The translations under genes and the position numbers were made by a program. Shown here piece by piece: positions 9,456 through 18,249 of a DNA stretch of 32,246 nt; within the stretch, counting starts at the first letter, position 1, and each line of letters starts with the position of its first letter. The stretch is from positions 1 to 32,246 of IMG/VR virus record IMGVR_UViG_3300025764_000012, one strand, 5' to 3'. This DNA comes from a virus. Its lineage: Duplodnaviria; Caudoviricetes. Under the pieces are notes generated by a model, which made no database searches, was not told the DNA's origin, and saw nothing but the letters and a program-made list of their open reading frames with translations.

Positions 9456-9614
9456 TCAGGCACGCCACACCTCGCCGGTCTGGATACACGCGCACGCATC
9501 AGCGATGGCGGACGTCCAGTAGTAGTTGATCGAACGCACCGTTCCATCGGGTCGCTGCACTACCCAGCCCCCGAAGATCGGGTCCTTGTATACGCGCCAC
9601 TTGGCCCGTGTCAT
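9456..9614 (-). CDS. Hypothetical protein (52 aa)
   Basis: GGAG RBS; ATGA coupling; MTRAKWRVYKD. Confidence 0.6.
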   Translation of the reverse strand: MTRAKWRVYKDPIFGGWVVQRPDGTVRSINYYWTSAIADACACIQTGEVWRA

Positions 9615-9748
9615 TTCTTCTCCCTGTCCGTATCCCATAGTATCACTGGACGCTCCCCGCAGATACCGCACCGACTGATCGGGGCCGTTGCCAACACGGG
9701 CCAGTCTCGGCAGCAGTGGGCGATGACGATGAGCGAGTCAATGGCCAT
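9611..9748 (-). CDS. Small Cys-rich protein
   Basis: HCC...RCGICG; coupled to both neighbours. Confidence 0.5.
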   Translation of the reverse strand: MAIDSLIVIAHCCRDWPVLATAPISRCGICGERPVILWDTDREKK

Positions 9749-9923
9749 CTCGGCCACGGTCCACCGCCTCTCGCACGCGGTCGAGGTTCGCCTGCATGTG
9801 GGCAATCTCCTCGTTGGGGTCTGCGACCACGGCGGACCAGTGAAGCCGCGCCATCATGCGGGTTGCTGCCTGAGCGATGCGGGCAAGGCTTTGGATCGCG
9901 TCATTCGGGTCGGTCCTGGTCAC
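9738..9923 (-). CDS. Hypothetical protein
   Basis: GGAGG RBS; GTGA overlap with the upstream stop. Confidence 0.55.
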   Translation of the reverse strand: MTRTDPNDAIQSLARIAQAATRMMARLHWSAVVADPNEEIAHMQANLDRVREAVDRGRDGH

Positions 9924-10129
9924 TGTGTCGCCTCCCACGCGACGAGGGCCCCGATGGCCTCGTCCAGCAGGTTCAGGTGATCCCCACAGCAGAGCCGCCA
10001 GAACAGGTTCGGGTCGAACTCGGACCACTTCTGGTAGTCGGTCAGGGTCGGTGATACACCACTGGAATCCACGCCTTCGAGCCAGTGCTCGTACTCGCGT
10101 TGCCGACGTGACTCATCCCACGGCATCAT
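9920..10129 (-). CDS. Hypothetical protein
   Basis: Coupled ORF within the operon chain. Confidence 0.6.
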   Translation of the reverse strand: MMPWDESRRQREYEHWLEGVDSSGVSPTLTDYQKWSEFDPNLFWRLCCGDHLNLLDEAIGALVAWEATQ

Positions 10130-10278
10130 GAGTCCCTGACCTTACCGAACATACGACCACAGATGCACCGCAACCACGGGCACGTCCGCGAGGAGCAGTG
10201 CGCTTGCACCGACTCCATGCTGGGGCTCCCGCAATCCGGGCAGTTGTCCGGGAAGGACCACTCGCTGATGGCGTTCAT
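10126..10278 (-). CDS. Small Cys-rich (zinc-ribbon-like) protein, 50 aa
   Basis: Translated by hand: MNAISEWSFPDNCPDCGS...HCSSRTCPWLRCICG; ATGA overlaps at both ends. Confidence 0.6.
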   Translation of the reverse strand: MNAISEWSFPDNCPDCGSPSMESVQAHCSSRTCPWLRCICGRMFGKVRDS

Positions 10279-10463
10279 GTCCGGTCCACCCGGACGCCCA
10301 ACTCAGCCTCCACGGCGGCCAGGAAGTCGGCGCGGGTGACGCTGATTACCAGGGACCTCTCTCGTCCGGGGATGATCTCGATAGCGACGTCCGGGCCGAA
10401 CCCACCGAACCCCTCGATCGTAACCTTGCGCCGCGTCACCACGCTCTCGATCTCGGTGCTCAT
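10275..10463 (-). CDS. Hypothetical protein
   Basis: ATGA coupling at both ends. Confidence 0.6.
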   Translation of the reverse strand: MSTEIESVVTRRKVTIEGFGGFGPDVAIEIIPGRERSLVISVTRADFLAAVEAELGVRVDRT

Positions 10464-11086
10464 ACTCGTACCCCTTCTCTCTCTGGAACCGTGGCGGGCA
10501 TCGTCTCGAACGAGGCGGGCCCGAGAGGACCCCGCGTAATGCGGGCTACAACTGCGTCCTGGATCTTGTCGGCCGCCGTCGAAGGATTGGTGCTGTCGGC
10601 TAGGCGTTCGATCTCTGCGAACAGCGCGACATCCTGGTCAATCTCGGCCGCTATCTGTGTCCGAACCAGGGCCCCGATGGTGGCATCACGGGCGAGGCGA
10701 GCGCGAAGTAGGTTGACTTGACGTTCCACCTGCTCCAGGTGGTCGGGGTTGACGCAGGGGCGGACACGACAAAGATGGTCAATGTCCAACCCCTCCACGA
10801 GCGGACCCTTCAAGAGCGCATACGAGACGCGATGCGCCAGTCGTAGACTGCCCTGCCATCCCATCCGGCCGTACCCACTGGCGTTCAGCAAGCCGGTCCA
10901 TATCCAGCACCCGGAGGGGTCGATCCGAACGTGAGACATGAGTCTGGCAACGTCATCGCCCCGGATCTGCTGGACCTTGAGGGGGTCGCCGTTCCGCTTC
11001 CAGCGCTCATAGTGCATTACACACCAGCCGCGCTTACGCCCGGGCTTGACACACCCGTCGATCGAGCAGGTCCGTTCGGTCAGCAT
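10460..11086 (-). CDS. HNH endonuclease with fused C-terminal domain
   Basis: CSIDGC..RGWC.MHY, CWIWTG, AHRVSY, IDHLCR.R.CVNPDHLE motifs; C-terminal extension homologous to ORF 17912-18091. Confidence 0.9.
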   Translation of the reverse strand: MLTERTCSIDGCVKPGRKRGWCVMHYERWKRNGDPLKVQQIRGDDVARLMSHVRIDPSGCWIWTGLLNASGYGRMGWQGSLRLAHRVSYALLKGPLVEGLDIDHLCRVRPCVNPDHLEQVERQVNLLRARLARDATIGALVRTQIAAEIDQDVALFAEIERLADSTNPSTAADKIQDAVVARITRGPLGPASFETMPATVPEREGVRV

Positions 11087-12111
11087 CTCACCCTCTCCTT
11101 CTCTAGTACTGCGGCGAGCGTCACGGTTGGAAACATGCGCTCGCCGCGTAGGATAGTGTCACGCTTCGCCCGGTCCCCGTCAAGTCCGATGTACCTCTCG
11201 GTCGTAGCCACGGACGAGTGGTGGAGCATGGACTGGACGATGCGTAGCGCTGAGTCTACACCATCCACGGAGAGCCTGTCAAACAGGGCCCGGGCCGCAC
11301 TACGGCGCAGCGTGTGTACCCCTTCGCGCTTGGTTGCCCCGTCCGCGTCATGGGTGGCATAACCGGACAGCGCCAGTGCCCCCTGAACGGCCTTGTGAGG
11401 GGTGCTGTAGGGCCTGGAGGGCACGTACTGGTCATACTGGACCATGACCCACTTCCCGCCCTCTCCGCGGGCCTCTAGCGTGGGCGGCAGCATGGCCGGT
11501 ACGAGGTAGTCGTAGTCGCGCAGCGAGATCCCCTTGGCGCCCTCGTAGGTATCGAGCCAGAGGTGGAGTTCGTCCGCGAGTTCGTGGCAGATGGGCATGG
11601 TGTCGGACTTGGCCGACTTGGGCACGAGAACCTGGATGGTGAACTCCGTGAGGTCCACATCGCCAACGCGCAACAGCGCGATCTCCCCCGCGCGCAGGAG
11701 CAGGTACAGGCCCAGGGCAACGACGATGCGGTCGCGGGGGTTCTGCGCCGAGTCGATGAGTCCGGGGAACTGGTCGGCCGGTACGCGCATCCGCTCGTGC
11801 TTGGCCTCGGAGTAGGCGCGCCGGTGGCGCATGGGCGACGAGCCGTAGGGGATGTGCCCCTGCTGCTCGCACCACTTGAAGAATCCGCGGAGTTCGGCCA
11901 CCGTCAGGTTCGTGGTCGTGGCGGCATGGTCTGAGCGGTAGGCCCCAAGGGCGTGGTCGAGGCTGGTTGACGTGATGGACGTGACATCCTCGCCAAGGAA
12001 GGGGGAGAGGACGGCGAAGGCCCGGCGCGTATTGCGCATGGTGGTCCCGGCGTACCCCTGACCCTCTCGTGACGTTAGGTATGCGGCCTGGACATCCCTT
12101 ATGGTGCTCAC
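11080..12111 (-). CDS. Tyrosine recombinase / integrase-family protein
   Basis: Catalytic R (LLRAGEI), K (PKSAK), HxxR (HTLRR), H and Y (LHHSSVATTERY); SAM-like N-terminus. Confidence 0.92.
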   Translation of the reverse strand: MSTIRDVQAAYLTSREGQGYAGTTMRNTRRAFAVLSPFLGEDVTSITSTSLDHALGAYRSDHAATTTNLTVAELRGFFKWCEQQGHIPYGSSPMRHRRAYSEAKHERMRVPADQFPGLIDSAQNPRDRIVVALGLYLLLRAGEIALLRVGDVDLTEFTIQVLVPKSAKSDTMPICHELADELHLWLDTYEGAKGISLRDYDYLVPAMLPPTLEARGEGGKWVMVQYDQYVPSRPYSTPHKAVQGALALSGYATHDADGATKREGVHTLRRSAARALFDRLSVDGVDSALRIVQSMLHHSSVATTERYIGLDGDRAKRDTILRGERMFPTVTLAAVLEKERVRC

Positions 12112-12569
12112 AGTTCCCCCTTCGAGAAGTTGTCAAAGACGGCGACAAGGATCGCGTCCACCCGCTCGGCCCTGATCGCACCCCTCGAACTACAGACCCC
12201 ACAGTCCGGGCAGCAGCAGTCCGGGCAGTCGTTGAGGCATTCGCTGTGAATCTCGCGGAACACACACGCCATGCACTTCCGGTCGTCGCAGTTCGAGCAG
12301 TCGGCAGACTGGCCGGGGCACTCGTCCAGGACGATGTTGCCGCCGTCGTCCACGATGCCCGAGGTCTCGATGTGCGGATCGTGGCGGTCTCGGCGCCAGC
12401 ACGGACCGTGCGACCCGATGCGCGCAGCAACCGCACCGGCAGCCGGGGACTCGGCCGGGGAGGAGGCGAGGAGGGCGCGAAGGTCGGACACGCAGACGAC
12501 GTTCACGCCGTACCCGCGGAACGGATCGGCACACAGCGCCTCGATCCCAGCGCGCAGGTCGGCGGTCAT
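12108..12569 (-). CDS. Cys-rich hypothetical protein
   Basis: Multiple CxxC motifs; coupled to the recombinase start. Confidence 0.6.
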   Translation of the reverse strand: MTADLRAGIEALCADPFRGYGVNVVCVSDLRALLASSPAESPAAGAVAARIGSHGPCWRRDRHDPHIETSGIVDDGGNIVLDECPGQSADCSNCDDRKCMACVFREIHSECLNDCPDCCCPDCGVCSSRGAIRAERVDAILVAVFDNFSKGEL

Positions 12570-12700
12570 GAGTCGCGCCTTCCGGTCTTGCTCCGGCGCT
12601 CGGGCGGCGTCAGCGCGTTGCGCGCCTCAGCCTCGGCACGCTTGAGAAGGCGCAGCCGACGACGTGCGCCCTTGCCCTGGCGACCACTGAACGCGCTCAT
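12566..12700 (-). CDS. Small basic protein (44 aa)
   Basis: AAGGAG RBS; MSAFSGRQGKGARRRLRLLKRAEAEARNA; ATGA overlaps. Confidence 0.6.
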   Translation of the reverse strand: MSAFSGRQGKGARRRLRLLKRAEAEARNALTPPERRSKTGRRDS

Positions 12701-13086
12701 GACTTCTCCTTGGCTGGCGTGAACGTAACAACGAGACCGGGTGTGTGGCGCACGAGCCAGGCCGTGATCCAGTCAACGAGATAGGCGACGGCCTCGCTCT
12801 CGTCAAGGTTCTGGCCGAGCCCTTCGAGCAGTCCGGCCGCAGCGTGGTAGCCCTCGTGGGCGATGGTGTTTATCAGCGCATCCGCGCTCGGGTGCTTGGC
12901 AGCATCGATCCAGACGGAGATGTGCGTGCGCCCGGTCTTGGGGTTCCAGTATCGGGCGGTGAGCCCGATCGCTGGGGGTACGTCCAGGCCCTGACCGAAT
13001 TGCTTGTGGATGCGAGCCCACTCATCGAAAGTCGTGGCGTAGTGCAACTGGGCGTCGTAGGGGTCGATCCTAGTCGATGCGCTCAC
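12697..13086 (-). CDS. HExxH metallopeptidase-like protein
   Basis: TIAHEGYH followed by E..AYL; GTGA coupling. Confidence 0.65.
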   Translation of the reverse strand: MSASTRIDPYDAQLHYATTFDEWARIHKQFGQGLDVPPAIGLTARYWNPKTGRTHISVWIDAAKHPSADALINTIAHEGYHAAAGLLEGLGQNLDESEAVAYLVDWITAWLVRHTPGLVVTFTPAKEKS

Positions 13087-13310
13087 TCCACAACCCTCAC
13101 ATTCCCGAGGGTGACGCTGGCGGATACCGCGATCGGCACAAGCATCGGCAGCGCGAAGTGTCCGCCGTGGTGCATCGGGATCAGCACGCCCCCGCGGGAA
13201 CTCTTGGGCGGGCAGGTCACGATGCAGGGGATGACCGGGGGCACCGGGCGCCAGTTGCCCGCGCGGGCGATTGCAACGGTCATCCCGTCGGTGATTTCTG
13301 CGATGTTCAC
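13083..13310 (-). CDS. Hypothetical protein
   Basis: GTGA coupling on both sides. Confidence 0.5.
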   Translation of the reverse strand: MNIAEITDGMTVAIARAGNWRPVPPVIPCIVTCPPKSSRGGVLIPMHHGGHFALPMLVPIAVSASVTLGNVRVVE

Positions 13311-13498
13311 TTCGGTCCCCCATCCTTCCGCAGTAGTCCCGACGCCGCGAGGGCGTCGGCCTGATCCAGCGCCGTGTTGGCGCGGAAGCAGGTGCACATC
13401 TTCCCCTTGCCCGTGTAGACGGGACAGGTGTGGTGATGCTGGATCGGTGGGACGAGGGCCAGGAGGGCCTTCGTCACCGCTAGTCTGGTTGGAGTCAT
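13307..13498 (-). CDS. Hypothetical protein, probably leaderless
   Basis: ATG lies 6 nt after a -10 box; H..TC......CTC motif. Confidence 0.6.
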   Translation of the reverse strand: MTPTRLAVTKALLALVPPIQHHHTCPVYTGKGKMCTCFRANTALDQADALAASGLLRKDGGPK

Positions 13499-13533
13499 AG
13501 GTGGAGCGTAGCACCGTCCATCCGTTGCGTCAA
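13499..13533 (-). promoter_or_regulatory. Housekeeping-sigma-type promoter
   Basis: TTGACG-17 nt-TACGCT-6 nt-ATG on the minus strand. Confidence 0.7.
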
Positions 13534-13937
13534 GGGGTGTCTCTGCGGGCGGCGTAAGAGCGAAGTACGTTGACTCGATGCGTGACCTGCTCCAGGTGGG
13601 CGGGGTTGACGCACGAGCGGACTCGGCAGAGGTGATCGATCTCCAGGCCCTCCAGGAGTGGTCCCTTCAAGAGCGCATACGAGGCGCGATGTGCGCGCAT
13701 TAGGAGGCCGCGCACCCGCACCTGACCATACCCCTTGCCCCTAAACGAGCCGGTCCATATCCAGCACCCGGAGGGGTCGAATCGAACGTGGGACATGAGC
13801 CGCGTAACGTCGTCAGTGCCCCGCCTGGGCTGCCCGGGGCGCGGATCGCCGTGCCGCCACCAGCGTAGGTAGTGCATCCTGCACCAACCGCGACCTTCGA
13901 GCGGCGCGGTACATCCGTCAATCGAGCAAGTGACCAT
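13530..13937 (-). CDS. HNH endonuclease (paralog 2)
   Basis: Same motifs as 10460-11086; start chosen by alignment with the 14178 copy. Confidence 0.9.
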   Translation of the reverse strand: MVTCSIDGCTAPLEGRGWCRMHYLRWWRHGDPRPGQPRRGTDDVTRLMSHVRFDPSGCWIWTGSFRGKGYGQVRVRGLLMRAHRASYALLKGPLLEGLEIDHLCRVRSCVNPAHLEQVTHRVNVLRSYAARRDTP

Positions 13938-14177
13938 CCCTGGATGGTACTCCCCCCTGACCGTTGCGCGCGTCTGTAGGTACTCCGAGAGGTGAGTACA
14001 CCTAACAGTGTCCTTGTAACTGCTCTTACTATACACGGGGCACCCTTAGAGTGCCCCGTATGGTAGGTAGTTACTACGTGGTAAAGGCTACAAGCCTGAG
14101 TGTACACGACCCCGACCGTTACGTAGCGGGGCTACCTCACTAGGGTCGCAACGGCCAAGGGGTAGTACCATCCGGGG

Positions 14178-14618
14178 ATGGCTACTTGCTCGATCGACGG
14201 GTGCGTCAGGCCCGTCGATGCCCGAGGTTGGTGCAGGATGCACTGGAAGCGCTGGCGTCGCCACGGCGCTCCCGGCGCCGCGCGCCCCGTGCGGATTCAG
14301 GGCGATGACAAGGCCCGACTCATGTCTCACGTTCGGTTCGAGCCCTCCGGGTGCTGGATATGGACCGGCTCGTTGAACGGTAAGGGATACGGCCAGATGT
14401 ACTGGCGGGGACGGGTGTGGGCCGCGCACCGTGTCTCGTACGCGCTCCTGGGGGGACCGCTCATGGATGGACTGGAACTCGACCACCTCTGCCGCAACCG
14501 CCCCTGCGTCAACCCCGACCACCTGGAGCAAGTCACGCATCGAGTCAACGTAGTTCGCGGTTGGCGCGCCCGCGAACTATCGCCCTCCGGCCTGGGTGTG
14601 GTAGGGTTGCTCTCATGA
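14178..14618 (+). CDS. HNH endonuclease (paralog 3)
   Basis: CWIWTG, AHRVSY, LDHLCRNRPCVNPDHLE. Confidence 0.9.
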   Translation: MATCSIDGCVRPVDARGWCRMHWKRWRRHGAPGAARPVRIQGDDKARLMSHVRFEPSGCWIWTGSLNGKGYGQMYWRGRVWAAHRVSYALLGGPLMDGLELDHLCRNRPCVNPDHLEQVTHRVNVVRGWRARELSPSGLGVVGLLS

Positions 14619-15520
14619 CGACGCGAGGGGTTGCCGTAGAGGTGGGGCAACTGCCCCCACATCTTTCTCATTCCCAGTACTCCACGTTCTCTAGGTGCGG
14701 AGAACTGTTCCGCCTGGAGCGCGTGTGGCACGTCCCACGCCCCCCGGCGTGGGCCCTCATCGGGGGCAAGGCGTTCCACTCTGCCACCGAGGATCTGGAC
14801 CGCGCCGCTCATGGCTCGCGGTCTGCAGTCCGTTCGTTCCAGGAGCACCTCGAACTTGGGCTTGCCGAGGATCTGGCGGGCACCGACTACACCGAGGCCG
14901 ACGTCCGCGCGTCCGGGAAGGCTAGCAAAGCCTGGCCGGAGAAGGAGAACCGTAGGTGGTGGGAGTTCAACGGTCCCATCATGGTCAGCCGCTGGGAGGC
15001 GTTCACTAAGACCGCCCCCCTGGACCTGGCCCTCTCGGTTGGCGAGGATGGCGTGGGCGACGGGCGGGCCGCGGATGTCCCGGCCATCGAGGTTCCCTTC
15101 CGCCTGATCGCGGGGTCCTCCACCATCGTCGGATACGTTGACCGCGTGTACCGCCAGCGCGCCGATGGCGCACTCGTCGTCCTTGACCTCAAGAGCGGCT
15201 CGTCCTCGCAGCCCTCCCCCGCGCAGTTGGGTCTCTACAAGGTGGGCCTGGAGGCGAAGTTCGGGGAGCCCGTGCAGTGGGGATACTTCTGGGACGCTCG
15301 CACCGGCGCGCTCTCCGAGCGCCACGACCTGTCCGCGTTCACCCATGACCGGATCGAGTGGCAGTATGAGTCATTCCGCTTCGCCCGTGACCGTGGCCTG
15401 TTCCTGCCGAACATCACGAAGGACTGCTCCTGGTGCGGCGTCCGCGACTTCTGTGTCTATATGGGGGGCGCCCGTTCGGCCGAGGTGCCGACCCCCTGGG
15501 ACCTGATGGATGAGTCATGA
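14615..15520 (+). CDS. PD-(D/E)XK RecB/Cas4-like exonuclease
   Basis: HLSHSQ.ST..RCG, G.AFH, GYVDRVY, LDLKSG, QL.LY, C.WC....C; ATGA coupling. Confidence 0.88.
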   Translation: MTTRGVAVEVGQLPPHLSHSQYSTFSRCGELFRLERVWHVPRPPAWALIGGKAFHSATEDLDRAAHGSRSAVRSFQEHLELGLAEDLAGTDYTEADVRASGKASKAWPEKENRRWWEFNGPIMVSRWEAFTKTAPLDLALSVGEDGVGDGRAADVPAIEVPFRLIAGSSTIVGYVDRVYRQRADGALVVLDLKSGSSSQPSPAQLGLYKVGLEAKFGEPVQWGYFWDARTGALSERHDLSAFTHDRIEWQYESFRFARDRGLFLPNITKDCSWCGVRDFCVYMGGARSAEVPTPWDLMDES

Positions 15521-15696
15521 GGGACGTCCTCTATGGTATCGACAGTTCCACCCGCATGAATCCCGGGGGTTCTGCCCGCTCCTGGTTCCCGCTCATTGGC
15601 GGACACCTATCCATCAGAGACCTGGAGGTAGATTCCGTGACCCTTCTACGTCAGGACCTACAAAACGAGGTGATCATGTGGCCCAGTTCGAGATAG
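15517..15696 (+). CDS. Microprotein (59 aa, MRDV...)
   Basis: Hand-translated ORF whose ATGA overlaps the exonuclease stop; fills the gap. Confidence 0.45.
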   Translation: MRDVLYGIDSSTRMNPGGSARSWFPLIGGHLSIRDLEVDSVTLLRQDLQNEVIMWPSSR

Positions 15697-15869
15697 GTGA
15701 CACGGTTCTCATCCCGGTCGAGGTGGTCGCCATTGAGAATGGCAGGCCATACGGGACCTACACCGTGTACATGGAATACGCATCCGACGACCTCGGTCTC
15801 CTCGATGGCATTACTGCCATAGTTCCGCAGGTAGTAGCAACACTCCAACAGGAAGAAGACAACACATGA
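15678..15869 (+). CDS. Hypothetical protein
   Basis: GAGGTG RBS; FEIGDTV.I...V pattern. Confidence 0.6.
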   Translation: MAQFEIGDTVLIPVEVVAIENGRPYGTYTVYMEYASDDLGLLDGITAIVPQVVATLQQEEDNT

Positions 15870-16348
15870 GTGACGAGACCGCCGCATTCACGGCGACCTT
15901 CAAGGCCGGTAGCGGTTACGATGCCCCCTGGGTTGTCATCCGCGCCGACGACGCGAACCAACTCCACGAGCGGCTCAACGCCGTGCGCGGAGGGTTCCCC
16001 ACGATCTCCGAGGTGGCGACGGAACTCGCGGCCACCTACGCCGCAGCAACAGGTCTCGGCGCGACCACGATCACCGACCCGACCCCCGCTCCGGTGGCAG
16101 TCGAGGCCCCGGCACAGTCGGCGCAGATCTGGAAGTCGGTGGCCCCGGCCCAGGCCCAGCAGTCGTGGGTTGCTCCGCCGCAGCAGACCGCCGCTCCCGC
16201 GGCACAGGCGCCTGTCCAGGGCGGTAAGCAGTGCATCCACGGCACGATGGCGTACAAGAGCGGCGTCAAGAACGGGAAGCCCTGGGGTGGTTGGTTCTGC
16301 CCCACCCCCAAGGACACCCCCGGCCAGTGCGCTCCGGTCTGGGGCTGA
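15866..16348 (+). CDS. Actinophage replication-module protein (C-terminal Zn-binding motif, possibly ssDNA-binding)
   Basis: T.K.G.GYDAPW.VI, Ala/Pro/Gln linker, C.HG.M.YKSG....KPW..WFCP...QC.P.W. Confidence 0.7.
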   Translation: MSDETAAFTATFKAGSGYDAPWVVIRADDANQLHERLNAVRGGFPTISEVATELAATYAAATGLGATTITDPTPAPVAVEAPAQSAQIWKSVAPAQAQQSWVAPPQQTAAPAAQAPVQGGKQCIHGTMAYKSGVKNGKPWGGWFCPTPKDTPGQCAPVWG

Positions 16349-16354
16349 TAGTCG

Positions 16355-17176
16355 GTGCTCTCAGCGACACGTTCGGCGGAGAGGGCGGCGGAAAGCGGTC
16401 GCCCTCTCCCCGAGGTGCCCGAACTCTACGGCCTCTACCACTCCGAGTTCAGGTGCCGTCCCCGTAGGGGACAGGTCACTATGATCTTCGGGCAGCCCGC
16501 TTCGCAGAAGTCCGGCTTCGCCCTGTGGTGGACGAGCCAGATGAACCTGCCCACGCTGTACTTCTCTGCGGACATGGCCCAGCACACCGCGATCACGCGG
16601 CTCGGTGCCATCGTCACAGGAGAGACGGTCGAGCAGGTCTCGACCGGTCTGGAGTCTGACGAAGGTCCCCGATACGTCGAGGCCCTGACGGCCTCTAATC
16701 TACGGTTCTGTTTCGACCCCGATCCCACTCCCGGCACGATCTCCGAGGAGTTGGAGGCATGGGTGGAGATGTGGGACACGTTCCCCGAGGTCATTGTCAT
16801 CGACAACCTAATGGACATGAACGTGGACTCCGACAACGAACTCATGGCGAACAAACAGATGTTGCTATACGCCAAGTCTCTAGCCCGGGACACGGGCGCG
16901 GCGGTCTTCATCCTGCACCATGCCAGCGAGGGATCGTCCGACCCGACCGAACCCGCGCCGCGTAAGAGCGTCATGAACAAGGTCTCGCAGTCCCCGGAGA
17001 TCATCCTGTCCGTAGCCCTGGGCTACCAGCCCGGCGAGTTCAAGATCGGCGTCGTCAAGTACAGATCCGGGAAGTGCGACCCAACCGGGCGAACGTATGT
17101 TACGCTCAGGTGCGAACCAGAGTACGCCAGGTTCTGCCCGTCACGGGTCTACCACAAGGAAGGGTCGGAAGGATGA
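16355..17176 (+). CDS. DnaB/RecA-fold ATPase (helicase-like)
   Basis: Walker A variant GQPASQKS, TLYFSAD, Walker B IVIDNL, V.KYRSG. Confidence 0.85.
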   Translation: MLSATRSAERAAESGRPLPEVPELYGLYHSEFRCRPRRGQVTMIFGQPASQKSGFALWWTSQMNLPTLYFSADMAQHTAITRLGAIVTGETVEQVSTGLESDEGPRYVEALTASNLRFCFDPDPTPGTISEELEAWVEMWDTFPEVIVIDNLMDMNVDSDNELMANKQMLLYAKSLARDTGAAVFILHHASEGSSDPTEPAPRKSVMNKVSQSPEIILSVALGYQPGEFKIGVVKYRSGKCDPTGRTYVTLRCEPEYARFCPSRVYHKEGSEG

Positions 17177-17733
17177 ACATGCTAGCGGATGCCGTCAACC
17201 CCGAGGCTGACGATGAGTTCTCGTACGAGGAGGACCCTCGCACCGCCCTCCTCGCGCACCTATTCACGGATGGCATACCGGGCCTGGCGCGACACCGCTC
17301 GCCCCGCGAGCCCGGCCTTCTCTCGCCCCCACCCCCGCCCGTGGAGACGGGGCCCATCTTCCTACGGAACCCTGTAATCCCGATCCCGCAAACGTACCGC
17401 GATGCGGTCACTGCCGCCTGGGGCACGCCGGAGCAACTCCGGCATCGCCTGGAGGACGTGGCTGCCACGTTCGGTGTCGATCTTGACGAGCCGATCACCT
17501 CGATCCCGGGACTCCTGCCCCGGCACCACGATCCTGTCGAGCACCCGAGCCACTACACGTCGCACCCCTCGGGTGTGGAGTGCATCGATGTCACCGAGCA
17601 CATGAACTTCAACCTGGGCAACGTCGTAAAGTACGTCTGGCGCGCTGGGCTCAAGGGTGATACACTAGTGCTAGAGGACCTGAAAAAAGGTCTATGGTAT
17701 CTGGAGAGAGAGATCGGGAGGTTGTCGTCGTGA
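17173..17733 (+). CDS. DUF3310-domain protein
   Basis: DPVEHPSHY....VECID...F.LGNV.KY.WRAG.K....EDLKK..WYL.REI. Confidence 0.85.
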   Translation: MNMLADAVNPEADDEFSYEEDPRTALLAHLFTDGIPGLARHRSPREPGLLSPPPPPVETGPIFLRNPVIPIPQTYRDAVTAAWGTPEQLRHRLEDVAATFGVDLDEPITSIPGLLPRHHDPVEHPSHYTSHPSGVECIDVTEHMNFNLGNVVKYVWRAGLKGDTLVLEDLKKGLWYLEREIGRLSS

Positions 17734-17915
17734 TGGAGATGCTGGCAGAGGCCGTCGTGGTCTTCTTTGCCGCGGGCATTCTCGCCCTGGGTGTCGCCAT
17801 CCTTGTCCTGTGGGCGCTCCTCAACCCCGGGTGGACCATCGGAATCGTCATCGCCATGGTCCTCGCCGCGCTGGTGCGCGACCGGATCGAGAAGGACAAG
17901 GAGGAGTCCCGATGA
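17730..17915 (+). CDS. Two-helix membrane protein
   Basis: Two long hydrophobic segments; coupled on both sides. Confidence 0.7.
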   Translation: MMEMLAEAVVVFFAAGILALGVAILVLWALLNPGWTIGIVIAMVLAALVRDRIEKDKEESR

Positions 17916-18091
17916 CCGCCGTCGAGCGGCGGTCCGCAGCAGGGGTCCGGGCGCAGATCGCGGACGAGATCGACCAGGACACCGTGCTGTTCGCGGAGAT
18001 CGAGCGCCTCGCTGCCGGACCCAACCCCTCGACGGCGGCCGACAAGATCCAGGACGCGGTTGTAGCCCGTATCGCCCGAGCCGCCCCGTGA
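17912..18091 (+). CDS. Hypothetical protein (paralog of the HNH C-terminal extension)
   Basis: AGGAG RBS; QIADEIDQDTVLFAEIERLA...NPSTAADKIQDAVVARI. Confidence 0.7.
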   Translation: MTAVERRSAAGVRAQIADEIDQDTVLFAEIERLAAGPNPSTAADKIQDAVVARIARAAP

Positions 18092-18249
18092 GATACGTCG
18101 AGTTCATCGAGCCCGGCTGCGCACTGTGGCCCGCACCAATGTCGGGCGGGGGCCACCGCGCGGGGTACACGCTCTTGGGTTCCCTCGCCGATCTCTGGAC
18201 GATAACAAGCGCCCTCTACAACGAACTGAGATGGGAAGTGTTCGAGTGA
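18088..18249 (+). CDS. Microprotein (53 aa, MRYV...)
   Basis: GTGA overlaps at both ends. Confidence 0.5.
   Translation: MRYVEFIEPGCALWPAPMSGGGHRAGYTLLGSLADLWTITSALYNELRWEVFE

Noticed and set aside
14615-15520. Cas4-like nuclease as evidence of CRISPR-Cas
   Set aside because: No other cas genes or repeat-spacer array are present; such exonucleases are standard in actinophage replication modules.
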